A model generated the notes under the pieces. That model saw nothing but the letters and a program-made list of their open reading frames with translations. It ran no database searches and was not told the DNA's origin. Positions 20,221 to 28,618 of a stretch of 33,945 nt of DNA are shown here, one piece after another. The stretch is from NCBI GenBank assembly GCA_040752415.1, contig JBFMGU010000110.1, positions 1 through 33,945 of the forward strand, written 5' to 3'. Within the stretch, counting starts at the first letter, position 1, and every line of letters starts with the position of its first letter. A program made the translations under genes and the position numbers. The stretch is from Myxococcota bacterium (lineage in GTDB: Bacteria; Myxococcota; JACRCW01).

Positions 20221-20913
20221 TCAGGCAAGGTCCTCCCCAAGGTTGATCCCACGGGTCTTCAGGTCCACGTTCTTGAAGATGGCGCGCAGGAAGTCCCGCT
20301 CCTGCAGCCCGAACTTCCGCTCGAAGTCATGTTTGGTGTTGAGCGCCTGGAAGCTGGCCTTCAACACCGCGTACAGCGTTTCCAGGACGCCCTTGCCCTC
20401 CACCGCCACGGCCTTGAACACCGGCTCCCGCCCGGTCTGGCGGATCTTCTCGATCTCCTCGTCGGAGCGGATGTCCGGCAGGTCCCGCTTGTTGAACTGG
20501 ATGACAATGGGGATGTCCTCCACGTCCAACCCGTTCTGCTTGAGGTTCTCCACCATCCCCTTCCACGCGTCGTTGTTGGCCTTGGCCTCACGCAGCTGGC
20601 TGTCCGCCACAAAGACCACCCCGTCGGCGCCCGCGAGCACAATGCGGCGCGTGGAGTTGTGCATGACCTGGCCCGGCACCGTGTAGAGCTTGAGCTTTAC
20701 TTTGAAGCCGGCGTTGGTCTTGAAGAAGATGGGGAGCAGGTCAAAGAACAGCGTGCGGTCATCCGCCGTGTCCAGCGTCATCAGGCGGCCCCGACTCTTG
20801 GGGTCCAGCATCTGGTAGATGACCTGCAGATTGGTGGTCTTCCCCGACAGCGCGGGCCCGTAATAGACCAGCTTAAGGATGATTTCGCGCTGCGAGAGAT
20901 TGAGCTGGACCAT
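20221..20913 (-). CDS. sofG: MglA-family small Ras-like GTPase, SofG-like
   Basis: KLVYYGPALSGKTTNL P-loop, DRTLFFDLLP, YTVPGQV, NKRD. QLN..QRE N-terminus, C-terminal extension and lack of an adjacent mglB fit SofG better than MglA (from recall, not an alignment). ATG at 20913. Confidence 0.75.
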   Translation of the reverse strand: MVQLNLSQREIILKLVYYGPALSGKTTNLQVIYQMLDPKSRGRLMTLDTADDRTLFFDLLPIFFKTNAGFKVKLKLYTVPGQVMHNSTRRIVLAGADGVVFVADSQLREAKANNDAWKGMVENLKQNGLDVEDIPIVIQFNKRDLPDIRSDEEIEKIRQTGREPVFKAVAVEGKGVLETLYAVLKASFQALNTKHDFERKFGLQERDFLRAIFKNVDLKTRGINLGEDLA

Positions 20914-21218
20914 GGATGTCGTCGGTGATTGGCGTCGGGAGATGGGGAACGGACCCACGCTACCTCCGTCGCGCCACGCGCGCCAGCGTTGGGACGGCCG
21001 AGCGTTGGCGAAGTGACGGGCCGGGCGAATGCGGGCGGGGGCGCGCGCGTCGGAGGTGTGGGCGGCCGGCGGCGGCACAGCCCCGGTGTGCGAAGGCGGG
21101 ACCTGTGGCGTGGCGGCGGGTGGAAGATGAGCGGTCCGGGGTGCCGACGGGAGCGCCGGCAGTGCTTGCGACGGAAGGAAGCTGGAAGCAGGGCCCGGCC
21201 GGTGGCAGGATTCAGCGC

Positions 21219-22670
21219 GTGCGGGTGCCTCTGGCGGTCAAGGTGATGCTCTCCTACGTGGCCGTGATTGCCACCGGAGCCGTCCCGGTCCACCTGAGCC
21301 TGCGCCACGTATTCCAGGCCCGCAGCACCGAGCAGCTGGGGGTTGACCTGCAACAACGGGGCAGGCGCGTGGCGGATCGGTTGAGCGCCGCTCCGTCGGA
21401 GGACCTGGTGCGGGTGGCCATGGAGGCCGCGGCCCTGCTCCCCGAGAACGTCACGCTGCTCTCCCTGGACGGCACCATCCTGTTCGACAACGAGCTGCCG
21501 GTGGGCGCCGCGCGGGAGAACCAGCGGACCCAGCCGGAGGTGGTTGCGGCGCTGCAGGAGGGCGCGGCACTGGCCATGCGGGAGTCGCGCCACACCGGGG
21601 AGCGCACGGTCTACGCCGCCGCCGCGGTGCAGGGTCCCAAGGGTCCGCGCGCCGTGCTGCGACTGGCCGCGCCCACCCGCCCCGTCGAGGCGGCCACCCG
21701 CCTGGCCACCAAGGCCGTGGAATACGGCGGGGCGTTGGCTCTCAGCGCGGCGCTGCTCCTCTCGTTCGTGGCGGTGCTGCGCCTGGTGCGCCCGTTGCGG
21801 CGCATGCGTGACGCCGCCAACGCGCTGGCCACGGGTGAGCTGGCGGTGCAGGTTGACGTCGACAGCCAGGATGAGCTGGGTGACCTGGCGCGCGCGCTGG
21901 AGGCGGTGGGTGGTCAGCTGCGCACGCGCTTTGCCACCGCGGGCAGTGGCGACGCGCTGATGGGCCAGCTGGTCCATGCCATGTACCAGGGCGTGGTGGT
22001 GATGGAGGCCAACGGCCAGGTCACGCACATCAACGGCGTGGCGCGCACGCGGCTGGGACTGCGTGGTCCGCAGGAGAGCGAGCGGGTGGCCCGTCTCATC
22101 AGCTCCCACGCCGTGCGTGAGGCCACCGCGCAATGCGTGTCCGACCCGCTGGGCGTGGACATGCGCGTGCCCCATCCCGTCACCGGCGAGCCCGTGGATG
22201 GCACGGTGGTGGCGCTCAGGCGGCATCACGGTGACCCGCTGTTCGCGCTGATCCTCGACGTCACCGCGGATACCGGCGTGCCCACGCAGGACGTTCCCGA
22301 CGCCGCGGACGTGGTGGCGGTGCCGTTCCGTGAGGTCATGGACCGGGCGCTCTCGTCGGTGCGCGAGGACCTGGAGGAATCCAACGCCACGTTCCAGACG
22401 CCGGATGAGTGGCCCGCCGCCAATGTTGCCGACGTGGGCCACCGCGTCCTGGACACCGTGGTGGAGACGCTGAAGGCCGCGGCCCGCGCGCCCGGTGCCC
22501 AGCCCAACACGCCGCTGAGCGCCAGCATCCAGAACGGCTCGGTGTGTCTGAACCTGCCGGTGACGCTGCCGATCTCCGTCGTGGAGAGGCTGGCGCCGCG
22601 GCTTGCGCCGTTGGGGGGCAAGGTGCAGGTCGGCGGGGGAGGGGTGCAGCTGTGGTTGCCTCGGGCCTGA
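21219..22670 (+). CDS. Membrane HAMP/PAS-like sensor, PhoR-like N-terminus with a degenerate kinase region
   Basis: Two TM segments flank a periplasmic region with PEVVAAL...RESRHTG...YAA; HAMP (RPLRRM...DELGDLA); PAS-like MYQGVVVMEANGQVTHIN; no H-box or N/G boxes. GTG start at 21219 inferred. Confidence 0.75.
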   Translation: MRVPLAVKVMLSYVAVIATGAVPVHLSLRHVFQARSTEQLGVDLQQRGRRVADRLSAAPSEDLVRVAMEAAALLPENVTLLSLDGTILFDNELPVGAARENQRTQPEVVAALQEGAALAMRESRHTGERTVYAAAAVQGPKGPRAVLRLAAPTRPVEAATRLATKAVEYGGALALSAALLLSFVAVLRLVRPLRRMRDAANALATGELAVQVDVDSQDELGDLARALEAVGGQLRTRFATAGSGDALMGQLVHAMYQGVVVMEANGQVTHINGVARTRLGLRGPQESERVARLISSHAVREATAQCVSDPLGVDMRVPHPVTGEPVDGTVVALRRHHGDPLFALILDVTADTGVPTQDVPDAADVVAVPFREVMDRALSSVREDLEESNATFQTPDEWPAANVADVGHRVLDTVVETLKAAARAPGAQPNTPLSASIQNGSVCLNLPVTLPISVVERLAPRLAPLGGKVQVGGGGVQLWLPRA

Positions 22671-22711
22671 GCCCTCCGCCCGTGGTGGAGTGGCGAGTTC
22701 GGAAGCCGGCG

Positions 22712-24268
22712 TTGTTGTCGTTGCCGTCGGTGATCATGCGCGACCGTCGCCAGGTGGAGGTCAAGCAGGCGTACGCGCTGCCGCAGTCGGATGAGCCGCT
22801 GGACTACCAGCTGGACGTCTTCATCTTCCTGCCCCGCTCCATGGGCATGAGCGCGCACAACTACCCGCGCGACGAGTTCTACAACGACTCCACGACGTAC
22901 CTGCGGCTGGACGCGCCCGGTCGCACGCTGGCGGAGCTGGCGGACCTCTCCGACGCGCGCTCCCCGCTGAGCCAGGTCCACACCACGCTGGCGCAACTGA
23001 TGCAGCCGCGCGCGCCGCCCACCGAGCCGCTGGCCGCGCTCTGTCAGCTGCACGCGCATGAGCTGAGCGAGGCGGTGATCAGCACCTGCGTGTTCCTGGC
23101 CCAGAAGGCCCACGACGGGAGCTTCAGCACCGCGGAGACGTACACCGCCGAGGTCAACCGCATGCTCGGCGACAGTGAGCGCGCGCTGGTGGCCATCCGC
23201 CAGGTCCGCGCGGAAGCCGACGCGTTTGGTGGCCTGGTGCACCCCGCCGTGCCGCGCGCGCTCGCGTACGCGGAGGAGTACGCGTCGGCGGTTCTCGACG
23301 AGCAGGTGGCGCGACTGGCGGAGGCCATCAAGGAGAGCCAGGCCCTGCGCGACGGCACCGGGAGCGCGGTGAAGCTGCTCTTGACGCTGGAGCGGTTTGC
23401 CGCGGATCAGTCCAAGCTGCGCCTGGAAGCGGGCTACGCCGTCCCCTGGGATGAGCCGCGCGAGTACTTCACGTACCGACTGGGACTGCTGAAGAAGAAC
23501 CTGCAGCAGGCGCTCTATCTCAACACGCGTGAGCTCCGCGCCGACAACTACCTGCGCAACAGCGCGGCCATGGTGGCGGCGGGCTTGGCGGCCACGTGGG
23601 CGTTCCTGGCCCAGGTGCCCATGCTCCAGCTCGGCGCGGTGGACCTCAACACGCAGCTGTGGCTGCTGGCCAGCGCCGTGGGCGCGTACATGTTGAAGGA
23701 CCGCATCAAGGAGTGGACGCGGGATTACCTGACCCGTCGCCTGCGCTTGGATGACTACAACCGCGTCATCTTCTCCGACGTGCTCGCGCGACTCGGCCTC
23801 AAGGGTCTCAGTGGTCGCGCCAAGGAGAAGGTGCGGTTCGTGAAGCTGGATGAGCTGGACGAGGAGATCCGCGACATCCGGACGCTCCACCGCAGCGTGC
23901 GCGGGACCGGCCTGGAGCTGGAGGAAGTGCTTCACTACCGACGGAAGCTCAGCTTGAGGGCCCCGGAGGGCACGCGGTTTCCGGAAGGCTTTGGCGTGCG
24001 CGAGATCCTGCGCATCAACACGCGCCACTTCACCGCGCGCCTGGACGATCCGCTGGACAACGTCAGCTTCTTTGACGCCGAGCGCGGTGCATTCGCGCGC
24101 GAGGATCTTCCCAAGGTCTACCACGCCAACCTGGTCCTCCGGATCAGCGCGGAGCATTCCCCGGAGCGCTGGATCACGCGCTACCGCATGGTGCTCACGC
24201 AGGACGGACTGAACCGCGTGGAACCGGTGTTCACCCGTCGGGTGGAAGGTAAGCTGCCCAGGGACTGA
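22712..24268 (+). CDS. Uncharacterised protein with a two-helix membrane hairpin
   Basis: Long ORF with coding-like codon usage; hydrophobic segments SAAMVAAGLAATWAFLAQV and LWLLASAVGAYML. Start uncertain (22682, 22712 or 22736). Confidence 0.8.
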   Translation: MLSLPSVIMRDRRQVEVKQAYALPQSDEPLDYQLDVFIFLPRSMGMSAHNYPRDEFYNDSTTYLRLDAPGRTLAELADLSDARSPLSQVHTTLAQLMQPRAPPTEPLAALCQLHAHELSEAVISTCVFLAQKAHDGSFSTAETYTAEVNRMLGDSERALVAIRQVRAEADAFGGLVHPAVPRALAYAEEYASAVLDEQVARLAEAIKESQALRDGTGSAVKLLLTLERFAADQSKLRLEAGYAVPWDEPREYFTYRLGLLKKNLQQALYLNTRELRADNYLRNSAAMVAAGLAATWAFLAQVPMLQLGAVDLNTQLWLLASAVGAYMLKDRIKEWTRDYLTRRLRLDDYNRVIFSDVLARLGLKGLSGRAKEKVRFVKLDELDEEIRDIRTLHRSVRGTGLELEEVLHYRRKLSLRAPEGTRFPEGFGVREILRINTRHFTARLDDPLDNVSFFDAERGAFAREDLPKVYHANLVLRISAEHSPERWITRYRMVLTQDGLNRVEPVFTRRVEGKLPRD

Positions 24269-24271
24269 CGC

Positions 24272-24889
24272 TCACTTGAACAGTTGCAGCGCCTTGTAGA
24301 CCACCTTGGCCACGATGCCGTGCTCGTCGCCACCGGCGGCCGCGGGGTCGGGTGGAGCGGCGCGGGCCGTGGGATCAAACGGCTCCTTGAGGAGCGCCTC
24401 CACGCGCGCCTGGAAGTACTCGAAGGACTCTCCACCCTGGAGCCGATGCGCCACGCGACCATTGCGGTCAACGAAGAGCGTCTCCGGGAATGCCTCCACG
24501 CCCATGGCCTCGCGAAACACGTCGGTGGCACGGGGGAGGGGCAGGGTGAGCTTCTTCTCGTCACGGATGCTGTTGATCCGCGCGGCGCTTCCGGTGCCCA
24601 CCGCCACCACCTTCACGTCTTGGTCGCGGTAGCGCTGGTACAGTCGTTCCACTTCGGGCAACTCCCGAAGGCAGACCGGTCAATACTCGTACCAGATGTT
24701 GATCACCGCCACGTGGCCGCGCAGCTCGTCGGGGGAGAGCGACTCACCGACGCGGAAGCCCTCCAGCGCCGTGAACCGTGGCAGCGCGGGACGACGATCC
24801 GCGGGCAGCAGCAGCAACGACGGCGTGGCGGACACCAGCAGCGGCAACGCGAGCAGGAGCGCGGAGAGGTGGGCGGCGTGGCGAGGCAT
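24272..24889 (-). CDS. Exported TlpA/ResA-like thioredoxin-fold redoxin, probable selenoprotein (UxxC)
   Basis: ORFs 24680-24889 and 24272-24661 are in frame across TGA 24680-24682, giving LRGHVAVINIWYEY-U-PVCLRELPEVERLYQRY...VVAV...AFPETLFVDRNGRV; hydrophobic N-terminal signal or anchor; 205 aa. Confidence 0.85.
24641..24679 (-). promoter_or_regulatory. Putative bacterial SECIS element
   Basis: After the UGA: CCGGUCUGC-CUUCGGG-AGUUG-CCCGAAG. Perfect 7-bp stem, G-containing 5-nt loop starting 16 nt after the UGA, with possible lower-stem pairing. Confidence 0.7.
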
Positions 24890-24936
24890 GGAACCCCCTG
24901 GAGGCGAACGGAGTGTAACGCGTCTCCGTCGGAGGT

Positions 24937-25218
24937 TCAGTAGCCGGCGTTGACCATGCTCTCGGCGAGTCGTTGGATGAGCGTGCGCCGCAGGTCCTTC
25001 TTCAGCCACGCCCGCGTGGTGGCGTTGGGCTCGCTGCCGGTGCGCAGGAGCAACCAGTGCGCGCACATCTCCACGGCGGTCTCAATCTTGCCGGGGTCCA
25101 GCTTGAAGAACTTCTCCCGGCCTCCCTCGAGGAACCAGGAGATTCCATATCGCTCCGCCATGAGGTGCAGGAGGCGACGACCGCGGCGGGCATGCGTGAG
25201 ATCGATGAGTGTTGCCAT
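24937..25218 (-). CDS. Small hypothetical protein (93 aa)
   Basis: MATLIDLTHARRG...AESMVNAGY; coding-like codon usage; fills the gap between bioD and the redoxin gene. Confidence 0.75.
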   Translation of the reverse strand: MATLIDLTHARRGRRLLHLMAERYGISWFLEGGREKFFKLDPGKIETAVEMCAHWLLLRTGSEPNATTRAWLKKDLRRTLIQRLAESMVNAGY

Positions 25219-25300
25219 CTGCCGCCACACTACGGGCGACTTCGTGATCGCTCTAGAAAACGTCCCGGTTGTTGTTTTCTTGCGATCATCAAGCTCGCGA

Positions 25301-26053
25301 TCAAGCTGGCAGCATTGTCTCCCAGACCTTGCGCGTACCGAGGATGCGCGCGGCGCTCCCGACGCGGATGGCCTCCGAGCCCTGGAAATACGGCAGCGTC
25401 ACCAGCGGCTTCATCCCCGTCAGCGACGTGATGGCCTCCAGGACCTCCGCGTCCTCGTGCTCACTTCCCGGCTCCACCTGCGAGAGGATGATCCCCGCAA
25501 TCGGGATCTTCCGCTGCCGCAGAGCCTCCACGCTGAGCGCGGTGTGATTGATGGTCCCCAGCGCGGTCCGTCCGACGAGCAGCGCGGGCAGGCCGGTCAT
25601 GGCCACCAGGTCCACCACGCACTGCCCCGACGTCAACGCCGGCGTCAGGGGCACCATCAACCCGCCCGCCCCCTCGACGATGAGGACCTCGTTGGCGTTG
25701 CCCAGCGCGCGCGCGTCGTCGAGGACGGAGCGGAGATCCACGTCGCGCCCCTCCCGGCGGGCCGCAATCCCGGGGGCCGCGGGCTCGTCGAAGCGGTAGG
25801 GCGTGACGACGTCGAGCAGCGCGGGTTGCAGCGGACCGGGGCCGGCCATTCCCGCCGCGCGCGCCAGCACCTGCGAGTCGTTGCAGTGGGGATCACCGGT
25901 GAGGAACGGCTTGAACACGCCCACCCGGACGCCGCGTCGGTGCAGCGTGCGGGCCAGCGCCGCCGCCACCAACGTCTTGCCCACGCCCGTGTCCGTCCCC
26001 ACGACAAACACGCCCTTGTCCGCCACCGGACGGGACCGACGCGCCGCGCTCAT
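25301..26053 (-). CDS. bioD: Dethiobiotin synthetase
   Basis: FVVGTDTGVGKT P-loop, FKP, IVEGAGGLMVPL, LGTINHT; ATGA overlap with the bioA stop. Confidence 0.95.
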   Translation of the reverse strand: MSAARRSRPVADKGVFVVGTDTGVGKTLVAAALARTLHRRGVRVGVFKPFLTGDPHCNDSQVLARAAGMAGPGPLQPALLDVVTPYRFDEPAAPGIAARREGRDVDLRSVLDDARALGNANEVLIVEGAGGLMVPLTPALTSGQCVVDLVAMTGLPALLVGRTALGTINHTALSVEALRQRKIPIAGIILSQVEPGSEHEDAEVLEAITSLTGMKPLVTLPYFQGSEAIRVGSAARILGTRKVWETMLPA

Positions 26054-27396
26054 GCAACCCCCTCGGTGACGGCCTGGATGCTACGCCGCGTGACGTCGAC
26101 AAGCTGGGTGAGCAGATCCTCCGGCATGGCGGGCGCCGGCATCAACACCACCACGTTTCCGAGCGGACGGATGATCACGCCGTGTTTGCGCGCCTCCATG
26201 CACACGCGGTGTCCCCAGCGCTCCTCGGCGGGGTAGGGCTCCCTGGCGACTTTGTTGCGCACCAGCTCAATGCCCACCATGAGACCACGCTGACGGATAT
26301 CTCCGACGTGGGGAAGCGCGCGCAGCGCATCCAGCTGGCCCGTGAGGTTTTGCACGCGCGTTGGCAGCGTCGGGAGCACGCGCTGGAGCAGCAGCCTCAG
26401 GCTCGCGCGGGAGACGGCGCAGCCCAGCGCGTTCCCGGTGAACGTGTGACCGTGGAAGAATGTCTTCCCCTCCGCCGGCGTGCCCAGGAACGCGTTGTAG
26501 ATGCGCTCCGTCGTCAATGTGGCGGCCACGGGCAGGTATCCACCGCTCAGGCCCTTGGCCACGCAGAGGATGTCCGGGCTCACGTCCTCCCGCGTGCACG
26601 CCCACAACGCGCCGGTGCGACCGAAGCCCGTGGCCACCTCGTCGCAGATGAGCAGCACGTCATGACGACGACACGCCTCCGCCACGGCGCGCACGTAGCC
26701 ATCCGGCTGCGCGAACATCCCCGCGGCCCCCTGCATCACCGGCTCCATCACCACCGCGGCCAGCTCCCCCGCGTGCGTGGCAATGGCGTCGAGCATGTGC
26801 TGCTGGCACTCGCGCTGGCACTGCGACTCGGTCTGTCCAAAGGGACAGCGGTAGCAATGCGGCGGCGGAACCTGGATGACCTCGAAGGCGAGGTGGCGGA
26901 AGTGGCGGTGGAAGGTCGAGGAGAAACCCAGGCTCAGCGCGCCCACCGTGTCGCCGTGGTACGCCTCTCCCAGCGTGAGCAGCTTGCGCTTCTGCGGTTG
27001 ACCGCTCTGCTGCCAGAACTGCACCGCCATCTTCAGGGCCACTTCCACGGCGGTGGCGCCAGCGTCGGAATAGAAGACGCGCGACAGCCCCGGGGGCGCC
27101 ACCGCAATCAGCTCCTCCGCCAGCAGGATCGCTTCCGTCTGGCTCAGCCCCAGGAGCGTGCTGTGCGCCACCTTGTCCAGCTGCGCACGGATGGCGTCGT
27201 CGAGCTCGGGGACGCGGTGGCCGTGCACGTTGCACCACAGGGAGCTCACGCCGTCCAGGTAGCGCTTTCCCGCGACGTCAATGAGGTGGAACCCCTCCGC
27301 GCGGTCAATGACCAGCACCGGGTCGCCGTGTCCCCACAGCTGCTGCTGCGTGAACGGATGCCACAGGTACCGGAGGTCCTTCTCGACGAGATCCAC
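26050..27396 (-). CDS. bioA: 8-amino-7-oxononanoate (DAPA) aminotransferase
   Basis: LWHPFTQ, DGVSSLWCNVHGH, YHGDT, DEVATGFGRTG, AKGLSGGYLP, HGHTFTGN, IRPLGN; GTG at 27396. Confidence 0.96.
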   Translation of the reverse strand: MDLVEKDLRYLWHPFTQQQLWGHGDPVLVIDRAEGFHLIDVAGKRYLDGVSSLWCNVHGHRVPELDDAIRAQLDKVAHSTLLGLSQTEAILLAEELIAVAPPGLSRVFYSDAGATAVEVALKMAVQFWQQSGQPQKRKLLTLGEAYHGDTVGALSLGFSSTFHRHFRHLAFEVIQVPPPHCYRCPFGQTESQCQRECQQHMLDAIATHAGELAAVVMEPVMQGAAGMFAQPDGYVRAVAEACRRHDVLLICDEVATGFGRTGALWACTREDVSPDILCVAKGLSGGYLPVAATLTTERIYNAFLGTPAEGKTFFHGHTFTGNALGCAVSRASLRLLLQRVLPTLPTRVQNLTGQLDALRALPHVGDIRQRGLMVGIELVRNKVAREPYPAEERWGHRVCMEARKHGVIIRPLGNVVVLMPAPAMPEDLLTQLVDVTRRSIQAVTEGVA

Positions 27397-27397
27397 G

Positions 27398-28615
27398 TCA
27401 GCCCACCGCGGCGCGCACGTCCTGGAACGCCGGACGGAGGAGGCGCTGCAGGGCGTCACACAGCGCAATGATGTCCTCGGGACGGTGGACCGCGCTCAGG
27501 GCCACGCGCAGCCGCGCCGTGCCGGGGGGAACCGTGGGCGGTCGGATGCCCACCACCAGGAAGCCCTCGGCCTCCAGCGCATCCGCCAGGCGCAGCGCCT
27601 CCCCGTTGTCTCCGACGAGAATCGGCAGGATGGGCGTGGGCAGCGAATGCAGACCCTGCAGCTGGGATGGAAGGAGGTGCGTCAGGCCGCGCGCGTCGAT
27701 CTCACGCATGGCCACCTGTTGCAGCTCCGCCAGCTTCTCCACGCGCGTCCCCGCTTTCACCTCGTCCAACGCGGCCAAGGCGGCGCCGCACACCGACGGA
27801 GGCAGCGCGGTGGAGAAGATCACCGTCCGCGCGCGGTTCACCAGCAGCTCCGCCAACGGTGTGGAGCAGAGCGCGAACGCGCCATAGCTGCCCAGGGCCT
27901 TGCCCAGCGTGCCCATGCGGACGGTGACGTCGTGCGTGAGACCCAGCGCCGCGGTGAGGCCACGTCCGCCCCCCAACACGCCCACCGCGTGCGCCTCGTC
28001 CACCAGGGTCATGACGTCGTGAGCCTTGGCCAGGCGCGTGATGTCCGCCAGCGGCGCCAGGTCACCGTCCATGCTGAACACGGCGTCCGTGACAATGAGT
28101 CGACGACGGGCGGGGAGCGTGGTGAGCAGCTCTTCCAGGTGCTTCACGTCGCCGTGACGGTAGATGTGCACGTTCGCCTTGGAGAGGCGGCACCCGTCAA
28201 TGAGGCTGGCGTGGTTCAGCTCGTCGGAGAAGACGGCGTCACCCGGGCCCACCAGCGTGCTGATGATCCCCAGGTTGGCCAACGTGCCGGACCCGAACAG
28301 CAGCGCCTGCTCCGCGTTGAAGAAGTCCGCCAGCGCGCGCTCCAGCTCGCCGTGGATGGTCATGCTGCCCGTGATGTGACGGGACGCGCCCGCTCCCGCG
28401 CCGCAGCGCGCCAGCAGCCGTTGCGCCGCGGCCACCACGACGTCGGCACCGGCGAGGCCCAGGTAGTCATTGGAGGCAAAGCACAACACCGGCTTGCCGC
28501 GGACCATCACCACGCGGCCCTGGCGCCCCACGACGACACGTCGGTCCAGCGAGCGCCACAGCCCGCGCGCGCGCACGTCCTCCAGTGCCTGGGACACCCA
28601 CCGCGTGCCCGCCAT
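27398..28615 (-). CDS. bioF: 8-amino-7-oxononanoate synthase
   Basis: FASNDYLGL, SDELNHASLIDG, VFSMDGD, VDEAHAVG, GTLGKALG, IRPPTVP. Confidence 0.96.
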   Translation of the reverse strand: MAGTRWVSQALEDVRARGLWRSLDRRVVVGRQGRVVMVRGKPVLCFASNDYLGLAGADVVVAAAQRLLARCGAGAGASRHITGSMTIHGELERALADFFNAEQALLFGSGTLANLGIISTLVGPGDAVFSDELNHASLIDGCRLSKANVHIYRHGDVKHLEELLTTLPARRRLIVTDAVFSMDGDLAPLADITRLAKAHDVMTLVDEAHAVGVLGGGRGLTAALGLTHDVTVRMGTLGKALGSYGAFALCSTPLAELLVNRARTVIFSTALPPSVCGAALAALDEVKAGTRVEKLAELQQVAMREIDARGLTHLLPSQLQGLHSLPTPILPILVGDNGEALRLADALEAEGFLVVGIRPPTVPPGTARLRVALSAVHRPEDIIALCDALQRLLRPAFQDVRAAVG

Positions 28616-28618
28616 GGC

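Noticed and set aside
21060..21200. GC-rich stem and CGGAAGGAAGC motif reminiscent of SRP RNA
   Set aside because: Lacks the CAGG...GGAA...AGCAG helix-8 arrangement, and such pairing is expected by chance at this GC content.
24680..24682. Treating the redoxin as a nonsense-mutated pseudogene
   Set aside because: The stop is UGA, lies exactly at the catalytic Cys position, is followed by a SECIS-like hairpin, and both halves are otherwise intact. Disfavoured, but not excluded without seeing sel genes.
24905..24939. Sec read-through of the 93-aa gene's UGA (a hairpin follows it)
   Set aside because: The extension would run out of frame over the redoxin gene, gives non-protein-like sequence and has no Cys-type motif context.
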